Part shown: piece after piece, positions 18,081 through 26,320 of the stretch
Layout: each line of letters opens with the position of its first letter
How positions within the stretch are numbered: position 1 is the stretch's first letter
DNA from: an uncultured virus (IMG/VR IMGVR_UViG_3300021400_005597)
Lineage: Duplodnaviria > Heunggongvirae > Uroviricota > Caudoviricetes
Strand: one strand, 5' to 3'
Virus record (IMG/VR): IMGVR_UViG_3300021400_005597
Length of the DNA: 40,732 nucleotides
The notes under the pieces: model-generated
What the model was told of the DNA's origin: nothing
The model's database searches: none
What the model saw: the letters and a program-made list of their open reading frames with translations, nothing else
Position numbers and translations under genes: made by a program

Positions 18081-18498
18081 AATCTTCTTCCTCTGTCTTA
18101 TCTTCTCTCATTTCTTCCTTTAATTTCTTAATCTTTTTTAAGGCTTTCTTTCCTTCTGCCCCCAGATTCTTTATTTCATCTTTATATTTGGATGTAAATT
18201 TTATTTCTCCATCCTTTTTTATCTTTATACCTGCAATTTTTATACGGGGGTTATTCTTCCGGATAGACCTTATTTCTTTAAATGAGTATTTTAAAGTATC
18301 GTCTAAAAGTTCTGCTGAATCCAATCTGCAGATAGTCTGTGATACTTTTAATGTACGGAATTTAACAGTTTCTTTTTCTGTATTTATTTTAACAGGAATC
18401 AGATAATTAACGATTCCGCAAAAAGAACCAACTATATTTCCACAACCACCCCTGTAATCATCATTTGATAAACCACAAATCGATAAACCACAAGCCAT
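18070..18498 (-). CDS. Protein with N-terminal Cys-Gly repeats and basic C-terminal domain; overlaps radical SAM start
   Basis: GGAGG SD; MACGLSICGLS...GGCGNIVGSFCG. Confidence 0.75.
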   Translation of the reverse strand: MACGLSICGLSNDDYRGGCGNIVGSFCGIVNYLIPVKINTEKETVKFRTLKVSQTICRLDSAELLDDTLKYSFKEIRSIRKNNPRIKIAGIKIKKDGEIKFTSKYKDEIKNLGAEGKKALKKIKKLKEEMREDKTEEEDFER

Positions 18499-18544
18499 AT
18501 CTATCCTCCATAAATATTTCTTTATTTACTAATCTTATCAATAC

Positions 18545-18616
18545 TGGAACCAATGGGATTTGAACCCACAACCTCTACCTTGCAAGGGTAGCACTCTCCC
18601 ATTGAGTTATGGCCCC
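18545..18616 (-). tRNA. tRNA-Ala(TGC)
   Basis: GGGGCCA/TGGTTCC acceptor with G3:U70, CTACC-CTTGCAA-GGTAG anticodon arm, GGTTCAAATCC; CCA not encoded. Confidence 0.95.
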
Positions 18617-18765
18617 AAGGCCCCAGAAACGCTCCGGGGCGGAAAGTAAAAAAATAAAGGTAGGAAATATAACAGGCGGCTTACACACGACAAACACCAT
18701 ATTAAGCTTTAACAATTGGTTACATTGCCGCCCGTAATTATATATGTAAAATAAAAAATTAAAAA

Positions 18766-19263
18766 TTATTTTTCTAAATCATCATTCTCTATCTCTGAGT
18801 GGATATCTAAATTGTCTGCCTTTTGTTTGGAATTGATTTTCCTTTGTTTTAATGCAGCGTGGTCGCATATAATTTCTACAGCCCTGTTCATTCCGTATCT
18901 AAAATCATCATCCGGCAGTTCATCCGGCTCTATGCCTAAAACTTCTTCTTTATATCTGTCAAAGTCTGCATAAGCGAAATCACTTTCTTCTATGATTTGG
19001 TCTTTTATTTGTGTAAGCATCGGATCATGAAGTCCTAATATACAGTACCCTTCGGCAATACCAAACTGACCGTCTCCTTTATGAATATAATCAACTTTGC
19101 GTTCTATTTCTTTGCCTGTATAACCTGTTTCTTTAGACCATTCTCTTAAAAGTAAAGTATCACCTACCTTATAATCACGGTCATTCTTTCTGATTTCAAA
19201 GTTCTTAATACCATTCTCAACATCATTAAAGTATTGTGGTAATAATTTAAGTTCGTGTGTCAT
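18766..19263 (-). CDS. DUF3850/ASCH-like (PUA fold) domain fused to a second phage-like domain
   Basis: MTHELKLLPQYF..V..G.K.FEIRKNDRDYKVGDTLLLREW...YTG. Confidence 0.8.
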   Translation of the reverse strand: MTHELKLLPQYFNDVENGIKNFEIRKNDRDYKVGDTLLLREWSKETGYTGKEIERKVDYIHKGDGQFGIAEGYCILGLHDPMLTQIKDQIIEESDFAYADFDRYKEEVLGIEPDELPDDDFRYGMNRAVEIICDHAALKQRKINSKQKADNLDIHSEIENDDLEK

Positions 19264-19274
19264 AGTAATTCTCC

Positions 19275-19658
19275 TTAAAGTTCTATATCTTCTTTATTTT
19301 CTTTCTCGTTTTCAGCCAAGGAAGATATTGTTTTAATATCTTTGCTATTCTCATCAGCCTCTATGATTGTATCTGCATTATCAATCGTATCTACGGCATA
19401 ATCATAACTTTCATATCTACCGCTTTCATATTCATTCCCGAAACGATTCCAATTGTCTTTTAGTGCATTAACCTCGTTTGCAATTTTATCAGCATCTTTT
19501 AATCTTCCGTGTCCTTTAGGAAGTAGTACAGCCTTTTCTAATGCTTTAATAGTTGTTATACTGTCATTCAAATCTCTAAATTCACGATAGAATACTGTTC
19601 TTTTGAACACATCTTCTGGCATCTTAATTACTAATTCAACCATATTTGTTTCTGCCAT
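19275..19658 (-). CDS. Phage-like small protein (ELVIKxPE...LPKGHGRLKDAD family)
   Basis: Paralog of the adjacent gene. Confidence 0.75.
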   Translation of the reverse strand: MAETNMVELVIKMPEDVFKRTVFYREFRDLNDSITTIKALEKAVLLPKGHGRLKDADKIANEVNALKDNWNRFGNEYESGRYESYDYAVDTIDNADTIIEADENSKDIKTISSLAENEKENKEDIEL

Positions 19659-19670
19659 AATTTGTCTCCT

Positions 19671-19970
19671 TTATTCCAATTCTATGTCTTCTCTATCTAA
19701 TGTATGCTGTGTATCGGCTTCTACGATTGTATCTGCCCAATCTATTTGAGCAACCGCAACGGCATTCTCAAATCTGTCATTATCGTGATACTTATGTTTC
19801 TTTAATTCATCAACATCTTTTAATTTTCCATGTCCTTTTGGTAGTGGCGTTCCTTTTGCTATTGATTGTGCAATCATATCCATTCCTGCATCACCAAGCA
19901 TAGGTGGTCTGCCTTTGTATGCTTCATATAATTCTTCAGGTATTTTAATTACTAATTCTATATCTGCCAT
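19671..19970 (-). CDS. Phage-like small protein (ELVIKIPE...LPKGHGKLKDVD family)
   Basis: Paralog of the adjacent gene. Confidence 0.75.
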   Translation of the reverse strand: MADIELVIKIPEELYEAYKGRPPMLGDAGMDMIAQSIAKGTPLPKGHGKLKDVDELKKHKYHDNDRFENAVAVAQIDWADTIVEADTQHTLDREDIELE

Positions 19971-20602
19971 ATTTCTTCCTCCTCATCTGTCCCTGGAGCT
20001 TCAATGTTTGATGTCAGGACATTTATTTTTCTTTCCTGCATTGGGATATAATTCTTATCTCTCTCGTGCTGTGGAATTAGCATCCACGCATCTATTTCAT
20101 TAACATCTGCTATAAAGTCGCCATTTTCTGAATAAAATCCCCAACCGCCGTCTTCAGCGTCATCATAGTCCAGATATGCAATAAAGTTATCTCCGTTATG
20201 GTTTTTAATCAGAATTTCCTTACCTGCCGGTGGGTATGTTCCACGATCTTCCGGGTAAAAGTCGTTAAATTTAGCAAATTCCTTTTCTTTAGGCTGTGGT
20301 ATGACAGGCGGTAACGCTTTGATATCATCACTCATTTGCCAAAACTTTGTCGCTCCCATATCTTCTGCATATTTTGCTTGTAATTCAAGCATAGCCTTTC
20401 TGCTGATAGCATCTTCGCAAGATAAATCTCTCTTTGCCTGTGCGTAGCCGTGGTCAAAATAAAATCGCCAATCCTTCTCGCAAGGCTCTTGCTCTAATGC
20501 TTTGATTGCTGTGCGAAAAAATCCATATGTAAGGCTACCTTCGCAATCTTCATTTAGTTCGAGCCACAAATTTCCAAATTCCAATGCTTCTTCTCTTGTC
20601 AT
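19958..20602 (-). CDS. Mosaic phage-like protein (MTREEA / ALEQEPCEDAISR / DUF551-like AWMxxP modules)
   Basis: Start re-called to 20602 (ATGA overlap). Confidence 0.7.
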   Translation of the reverse strand: MTREEALEFGNLWLELNEDCEGSLTYGFFRTAIKALEQEPCEKDWRFYFDHGYAQAKRDLSCEDAISRKAMLELQAKYAEDMGATKFWQMSDDIKALPPVIPQPKEKEFAKFNDFYPEDRGTYPPAGKEILIKNHNGDNFIAYLDYDDAEDGGWGFYSENGDFIADVNEIDAWMLIPQHERDKNYIPMQERKINVLTSNIEAPGTDEEEEIWQI

Positions 20603-20856
20603 TCTTGTTCCTCGTTTTCTGTTCTGGTTTCTTTCCAATCATCAAATGTTGGATATTTAGTTACTGTTTTGTACTTTGCATAAACACGCTCACCTTTTCT
20701 TCCCTTGCATAATTTTCGTAATGCAGAGCCTAAACCTGTTTCCAACTCGTAATTTGTGTATTCGTGAGTATCTTCGCCTTCGCCCATTATTTCTATGTAT
20801 TGATGACACGCAGATACGATTAATTCAATTTCTCGTTCAGTTAAAGATATTGTCAT
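20599..20856 (-). CDS. Phage-like hypothetical protein
   Basis: ATGA coupling at both ends. Confidence 0.7.
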   Translation of the reverse strand: MTISLTEREIELIVSACHQYIEIMGEGEDTHEYTNYELETGLGSALRKLCKGRKGERVYAKYKTVTKYPTFDDWKETRTENEEQE

Positions 20857-21035
20857 TCCTTATTCTCGCTTTCTAACAAAGGACAATTAGTATCTCTACT
20901 CCACGCTAAACAATCAACGCTTTTATCTTGCAACAAACATTTTCCGTGAGTCCCATAATCATTTGTTTTTTGATTTACACAAATCTTACATTCAGCACAT
21001 TTTTTCGGCATTTTCATATCTTTTATCTGTATCAT
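20853..21035 (-). CDS. Small Cys-rich phage-like protein (MPKxCxxC...CPL)
   Basis: ATGA coupling; Cys pattern. Confidence 0.7.
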   Translation of the reverse strand: MIQIKDMKMPKKCAECKICVNQKTNDYGTHGKCLLQDKSVDCLAWSRDTNCPLLESENKE

Positions 21036-21280
21036 ACTTTTTCACTCTCTTCTCTTATAACATGTTCGGTTTCAAAAACTCTTATACCATCCGGTGTTCC
21101 ACGCAAGTATAATGTTACTAATTTATTATTCCAGAAACATTTAGGACATAAACATCCATGATATTTCATAGGATCGTTTTCAACACTATACATTCTATTT
21201 CCGCAACAACTTGTATAGAAAAATATACCATTTCCGTGTGCCTCTTCAAGATACTGATAGGTTGCTTCTTTCGTTTTCAT
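21032..21280 (-). CDS. Small Zn-ribbon-like protein (SCCG...CPKC)
   Basis: Start re-called to 21280, directly after the upstream stop. Confidence 0.65.
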   Translation of the reverse strand: MKTKEATYQYLEEAHGNGIFFYTSCCGNRMYSVENDPMKYHGCLCPKCFWNNKLVTLYLRGTPDGIRVFETEHVIREESEKV

Positions 21281-21281
21281 T

Positions 21282-21737
21282 TTAATCAAGCTCAATATCA
21301 TCTAAGTCTAAATCATCAATAGTAACAGTACCATCTTTATGAATAGTGAACTGTTCACCTTTTGTGGTCTGTACTTCAAATTCACCATCTTCCCAAGAAA
21401 TGCGTAAAGCCGGCTCATTAAGTAATCTTTTGATTTTTTCGTCTGTATTTTGTGGTAATACTTTGCTATTAAGTAAATCAGCAGTTGTTGAATTATTCAT
21501 ATCTTTCGTCTCCCTAAAGAAAGGAAATGTCTGTTGAGCATAATCTATTGCGAATTTTTCAACTTCTGCAAAGTCATCAGTATGTAAATCATTTTTTCTT
21601 ATTGTGAAAAAATCAATTTCTTTATTCTGATTTGCATCTTCGTAGATTTGACAGAAATACAATGATGGATTGTCTTCGACATCTTCATAATAATCTTCTA
21701 CTATCGAAATGTGTTTTAATATCTCTTTATCAGTCAT
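21282..21737 (-). CDS. Hypothetical acidic protein
   Basis: AAGGAG SD directly after tRNA-Gln. Confidence 0.75.
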   Translation of the reverse strand: MTDKEILKHISIVEDYYEDVEDNPSLYFCQIYEDANQNKEIDFFTIRKNDLHTDDFAEVEKFAIDYAQQTFPFFRETKDMNNSTTADLLNSKVLPQNTDEKIKRLLNEPALRISWEDGEFEVQTTKGEQFTIHKDGTVTIDDLDLDDIELD

Positions 21738-21764
21738 ATCTTATCTCCTTTATAATATTTTTAG

Positions 21765-21836
21765 CAGGACTGGGTGGATTCGAACCACCGAATACAGGAG
21801 TCAAAGTCCTGTGCCTTACCGCTTGGCGACAGCCCT
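21765..21836 (-). tRNA. tRNA-Gln(TTG)
   Basis: AGGGCTG/CAGTCCT acceptor, GCCAAGCGGTAAGGC D-arm, CAGGA-CTTTGAC-TCCTG anticodon arm, GGTTCGAATCC; G discriminator. Confidence 0.95.
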
Positions 21837-21956
21837 ATATGCCGGGGTATATCCCCAGCAAAGTAGAAGAAAAAATTCAACGAAATAATGCTTTGCGAGG
21901 TAATGCATGAGCATCTGATTATATATGTAAAATAAAAAATAAAAAATATGTATAAA

Positions 21957-21985
21957 AAAAGATATGCCAAAAGGCATACCTTTTT
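21957..21985 (-). terminator. Intrinsic terminator
   Basis: GGTATGCC-tttt-GGCATATC plus T-run. Confidence 0.7.
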
Positions 21986-22082
21986 AAAAAATGGAAAAGA
22001 AAGAGAAAAAAACTACCTTAGGAACTTATCCTAAAGATAAATTGGCAATAATATATGTAAAAAATAATTTTTATTTCGAATA

Positions 22083-22118
22083 AAAAAGGCATAATCAGGT
22101 GGGAAGACTATGCCTTTT
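22083..22118 (-). terminator. Intrinsic terminator
   Basis: AAAAGGCATAGTC...GATTATGCCTTTT. Confidence 0.7.
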
Positions 22119-22247
22119 AGCAAAAAAATATAGAATGAAATGCGATTCTTTACGAATCTATTATTATATGTAAAAAATATTTTTTTTATTTTTGGACATA
22201 AAAAATAAGATACTACTTGGGGGTTCCTTTCGTATCTTAATTTAGGC

Positions 22248-22439
22248 TTATTCATAAATAATGTTGTAAAGAACTGTTGGTGGCATTGTATCTACTGTTA
22301 ATGGAGCGATAGATACCACCTTATGCCCCTGCTTTGCAAGGTCAAGACAAGCTTCATTAACAGCCTGCTCTACATCATCAAAGTTCTTCTTTGGTGTGAA
22401 TTTAAGTACCTTTACATTTCTGGTTGTTGTTTCTGCCAT
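22248..22439 (-). CDS. Small hypothetical protein
   Basis: AAGGAG SD; terminator-like AAGATAC...GTATCTT downstream. Confidence 0.7.
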   Translation of the reverse strand: MAETTTRNVKVLKFTPKKNFDDVEQAVNEACLDLAKQGHKVVSIAPLTVDTMPPTVLYNIIYE

Positions 22440-22468
22440 TATAATTCTCCTTTTGATTTTTTATCTAT

Positions 22469-22744
22469 CTATAAAGCGTATTTATATACGCCCTCAGATA
22501 CCTCATTTTCATCTGTTAAAACGCAAAATATCGTACCCGTATCAGGGGAATACTTAGGTTTGTCTGTCAGATCATAAAAATATTTGATATCTTCGGCATT
22601 TATACATAAAAATACTTCTGATATTGTATATTTGCCATAATCTGTTGGTACTAACATGCTGCAATGTTTACCAGCTATCTTTATCTCATTATATATCTGG
22701 TTAAGGATATTTGTGTCTGTTGTATGTTTTAATTCTTCGAACAT
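22469..22744 (-). CDS. Orphan paralog of the small HEPN partner 27157..27426 (degenerate MNT-like)
   Basis: Shares NILN, VP...SE(V/I)(F/Y), YFxDLTDKP(K/E)Y, IFCV and (G/E)VYxY with 27157..27426. Confidence 0.65.
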   Translation of the reverse strand: MFEELKHTTDTNILNQIYNEIKIAGKHCSMLVPTDYGKYTISEVFLCINAEDIKYFYDLTDKPKYSPDTGTIFCVLTDENEVSEGVYKYAL

Positions 22745-22764
22745 ATTTTGTATCCTTATGATTT

Positions 22765-22946
22765 TAGAAAGGAGTCCGTAACCGAAATTTTACTCCTATT
22801 ACGGCTATTGGTTACCTCAGGAGTTCTTCTTGTCCTATGGAGGTATAGGGCTATAGAAGTTTGTGGTCTGAAAGGAGGCTTAAAACATGACCATTTCGTT
22901 TTTTTAGCGTAACCAATAAAAAAACAAATTCACATAACGCTGTCTG
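22765..22946 (-). ncRNA. Candidate structured leader/sRNA with multiple anti-SD loops and a 3' pseudoknot
   Basis: Starts at the promoter motif; perfect 10-bp long-range stem and nested hairpins (see findings). Confidence 0.55.
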
Positions 22947-22975
22947 TATATATATGTAAAAAAAATTTTTAAAAT

Positions 22976-23728
22976 TTAGAACAGAGTGTTATCGAACATA
23001 TCACCTATAATAGGTTCTACATCTGTCTGAGTTAATATCTGTATTGGTTCTTCTTCTTTTTCTTCAGTTTTTTGCGGCGTACCATCTGCAAAAAGTATTT
23101 CTGCATTTATATAATCATCTAATTCATTAAGCATTTCTTCAAAATTCTGATTTCTTAATTTCAATAGACAATCTTTCATATTATCATCTTCTTTTAATGG
23201 GAAATGAATATTAGGCTCATTCTTTGCAATAATCTCTAAAGCCTGCTTATTGGTTTTTGTAACATAAAGCATAAGTATGCAAAATACTGCCATAGGGCAT
23301 GTTATATTGTCTGTGTCAGAGTTAATACATATAAAATCAGCTTCTTGTGCCATACAATATGCAAAATACTGTGAAAAAGGAATAGACATTATCTGCATAT
23401 CTTCAAAAGAATGCTTAATTTCCTTTTCACTTGTGTAAATTGGACAGCAAAGAGCATTTACTTCTTTATTGTCTTCATCTTCAAAGGCAATCATTCTTAA
23501 TTCAATAGCATTGTCTTTACCAAATATAGCCGTAGTAAATGCATCATTATGTCCCGAGTTCGGCATATGTTTTATAGGCACATAAATCTTCGTATCAGGT
23601 AACAAATAGTTAAACATAACTGATAAGAAATTTGTTGTTGCTGATTTGGAATCTGTCTGGTTTGATGCTGTAATCATACCTTTTATTGCATCTTTGAGTT
23701 CTTTTTCGATTAAATTGTTTATATTCAT
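22976..23728 (-). CDS. SseB N-terminal-like domain protein
   Basis: YVP...PIYTSEKE...ICINSD pattern resembles the SseB family. Confidence 0.5.
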   Translation of the reverse strand: MNINNLIEKELKDAIKGMITASNQTDSKSATTNFLSVMFNYLLPDTKIYVPIKHMPNSGHNDAFTTAIFGKDNAIELRMIAFEDEDNKEVNALCCPIYTSEKEIKHSFEDMQIMSIPFSQYFAYCMAQEADFICINSDTDNITCPMAVFCILMLYVTKTNKQALEIIAKNEPNIHFPLKEDDNMKDCLLKLRNQNFEEMLNELDDYINAEILFADGTPQKTEEKEEEPIQILTQTDVEPIIGDMFDNTLF

Positions 23729-23732
23729 ACTC

Positions 23733-24785
23733 TCAATCTCCTAATTCGATACCCGGCTGGATATCTTTATGTGTATTTTTTATATAGGTTTCTTTTATCA
23801 TCTTCGTAAAGCCTTGTCTGTCTTTGCAAAGATATTCATTTGGATCGTTATATTCTTTTGGGTATTCCTGCACAACATAAGGAACATTGTAGTGCCCAAA
23901 TGCTTCAATGATTTTTTGCTGCGTCTTCTGCCCAGGTTCATCGTTATCTAACATAAGAACGAAAGTTTTGTTCTTTAGATGCTCGTGAAAGTCTATTTCA
24001 TCGTAAAGGTGTCTCCACATGGATGTTGAGCCAAGACCAATAGCTTGGATTGCACCTTTTGTAACATCATATATGCTCATTGCATCTATTTCGCCTTCTA
24101 CAATGTAAACAATATCGGCTTTAGAACCTTTAAGACCTGTATTAAATAGTTTTGTGGCACCGTATTTGATTTTAGAAAAGCGTTTTTGGTAATCTTTTAA
24201 GTCAGAACGCATATCTCTTGCAAGGTAAGAAAATCTTGATGTAGGAATAATACATCTTGGTGATGGGTACTTTGCTCCGTTTTTAGAGTTAGGGTTTATC
24301 CATTCAAGGTCTGTTCCTACCCAGAAATGTTCCTGAGTTTCTTTTGATATACCTCTTTGTTCAAGATAGGTTGGATCCAAATTGGCCCTTACCTTGTTGT
24401 AATATTCCATCTGGTCTATTAAAGGTATATCGATGTCTAAGTCAGCATCATCATTCGTAGGTACTCTGAACATTGATACATCGGTTTCAGGGGTAATACC
24501 GTAATAATCACAAAGTTTTTGAAGTGCTGTCTTAAAATCTGTATCATAATACTTTTGAGCAAAATACAGCACATCTCCCGTCTCACCGCAAGCAAAACAA
24601 TGGTAATTGCTTTTATGTGGTATTCTGGATAATCCAGTTCTATTATGTCCCGAGCCTGACTGACAACACGGGCAGATAAATGTCTGTTGTCCATTAAAGA
24701 TACCGGCAGTACCTAAAAATGTAGGCTCTTGTGCTTTTAAGTATTCTTTTTGTTCTGTTGTTAAGCTAAATTTCTTTTTATTCAT
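23733..24785 (-). CDS. DNA primase (Zn-finger plus TOPRIM), DnaG-like, no helicase-binding domain
   Basis: CPCC...YHCFACGETGDV zinc finger; YLEQRGIS; VEGEIDAMS; LDNDEPG; DPNEYL; start re-called to MNKKK (24785). Confidence 0.88.
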   Translation of the reverse strand: MNKKKFSLTTEQKEYLKAQEPTFLGTAGIFNGQQTFICPCCQSGSGHNRTGLSRIPHKSNYHCFACGETGDVLYFAQKYYDTDFKTALQKLCDYYGITPETDVSMFRVPTNDDADLDIDIPLIDQMEYYNKVRANLDPTYLEQRGISKETQEHFWVGTDLEWINPNSKNGAKYPSPRCIIPTSRFSYLARDMRSDLKDYQKRFSKIKYGATKLFNTGLKGSKADIVYIVEGEIDAMSIYDVTKGAIQAIGLGSTSMWRHLYDEIDFHEHLKNKTFVLMLDNDEPGQKTQQKIIEAFGHYNVPYVVQEYPKEYNDPNEYLCKDRQGFTKMIKETYIKNTHKDIQPGIELGD

Positions 24786-25491
24786 ACATATAGCCTTTTT
24801 CTGTGTTTTCTGCATCTTCTAAAAAATCGTTTGTTATATCATCAATGTTATAATCAAATAATTCGTGGTTTTGTTTAAGATTTTCAAGATAATCTAAAGT
24901 AACTTTTTCGCTATTTTTTTCATACATATTGATTGTTTTGTATGTATTTGTATTTAGTATTAGTCCTTGTAAATCAAGGTCTTGAATGTATTTCTTTAAG
25001 TTTATGTGTAATTTATCTTTAAGTGTGATAATATCCTGCAAATCCTTAAACCTTGTAAAAGGTAAGCCAGATTCAACATCGAAAAGTGTGGTGTCGATGG
25101 CTATAATTTTGAGTTTAAGAAGGTCGGACTGATTGAGTATATTAAGCTTAATAGAGCCTACTTCATAATAATCAGTAAAATGCAATTTACCCGTGCAAAA
25201 CTCCAAATCTTCTAAAGAAAAACCAGTAAGAATAAAGTCATTATTTATCCAGTTTTGACCTAAATTACGCTTAATACCTATTATTCTGGCAAGTGCCTTT
25301 ACCTTTGGACTTAAATCTGGGCCTACATAATCAATATTCACATGTTCCTTATTATCTTTGATGCCATACAACATAAGGGCAAAATTGCCGATTATATTGA
25401 GTTCAAATGGGGGTATATGATTGTTCTCACACTCTTTTGCCAACTCTTTTAAGGCTTCGAGCAGTATAAAGTTCTCTTCGTTAATTTTCAT
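24778..25491 (-). CDS. DUF6036/AbiEii-like nucleotidyltransferase-fold protein
   Basis: LNIIGNFALML, NIDYVG, WINN, LKLKIIA, RFKDLQD; the GG and DxD motifs are altered. Confidence 0.6.
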   Translation of the reverse strand: MKINEENFILLEALKELAKECENNHIPPFELNIIGNFALMLYGIKDNKEHVNIDYVGPDLSPKVKALARIIGIKRNLGQNWINNDFILTGFSLEDLEFCTGKLHFTDYYEVGSIKLNILNQSDLLKLKIIAIDTTLFDVESGLPFTRFKDLQDIITLKDKLHINLKKYIQDLDLQGLILNTNTYKTINMYEKNSEKVTLDYLENLKQNHELFDYNIDDITNDFLEDAENTEKGYMYE

Positions 25492-25501
25492 AAATACTCC
25501 T

Positions 25502-25747
25502 TTAAACTATGGGCATACGAAGACGCTTACTTGCGATTTCCAAATATTTAGGTTTGATTTTAGATTTGTTATCACATAAAAATAAATAAAGTGATCTCTT
25601 ATCAATAGACTTTAATCTATCAAACAAAATAGTGAAGTCTCTGCTAGTCTCTGCAGCTAATAAATCTTTGGCTAAAGACATAAAATCTGTCTGCCTTCTA
25701 AAGAAATCATTTAAAAGATTATCAGACTGTGGTTTGGTATAATCCAT
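25502..25747 (-). CDS. Small helical protein, possible partner of the nucleotidyltransferase
   Basis: TAATG coupling, directly upstream of the NTase. Confidence 0.6.
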   Translation of the reverse strand: MDYTKPQSDNLLNDFFRRQTDFMSLAKDLLAAETSRDFTILFDRLKSIDKRSLYLFLCDNKSKIKPKYLEIASKRLRMPIV

Positions 25748-26226
25748 TATTTTACCCTCCCTTTGATTTGTCTAATATTTACAGGGCCGAAATCCCTTGA
25801 ATCGTATGAATCATTTCTGTTATCACCTAAACAGACATATTCATCTGGTTTGACTATATACATAGCATCAAACATACCGGCATTTTCGATTGTTTGTTCG
25901 TTAAGGTATGGTTCATTAATCACTTTTCCATTTACAAAGACTTTGTTATCTGTAATTTGGATGCTATCACCCGGAGCAGCGATAACTCTTTTAATGTAAT
26001 ATGTGGCAAAATCAACCTTTATTACTACTACATCGCCTTTTTCAATGGGGGCTAATTTATTAATCCATACAAGCTGTTTATCTTTATATGTCGGATACAT
26101 TGACACACCTGATACCCTAAATGGCTCTATCGGTGATATTATTTTTATTAAATACAGAGCAATAATAATAACGGGCAATATAACCATAAGGTGTGTTAAA
26201 AATCTTTGGTCTTTATCTTCAGACAT
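25747..26226 (-). CDS. lepB: Signal peptidase I
   Basis: TM helix, GVSMYPT (Ser), YIKRVIA (Lys), GDNRNDSYDSRDFG. Confidence 0.95.
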   Translation of the reverse strand: MSEDKDQRFLTHLMVILPVIIIALYLIKIISPIEPFRVSGVSMYPTYKDKQLVWINKLAPIEKGDVVVIKVDFATYYIKRVIAAPGDSIQITDNKVFVNGKVINEPYLNEQTIENAGMFDAMYIVKPDEYVCLGDNRNDSYDSRDFGPVNIRQIKGRVK

Positions 26227-26320
26227 AATTATCTCCTTTGTTCGTTAACATATTATTTATATATGTAAAATAAAAAAAGAAAAATAAGTATAAGAAAAAG
26301 AGCCTTGTGGCTCTTAATCT

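Noticed and set aside
21920..22175. CRISPR-like spacing of the TATATGTAAAA repeats
   Set aside because: The repeat is only 11-15 bp, spacers exceed 100 bp and contain terminators, and there are no cas genes.
21632..22255. ORFs 21632..21910, 21761..21970 and 22031..22255
   Set aside because: Overlap tRNA-Gln, promoter motifs and terminators; low-complexity translations.
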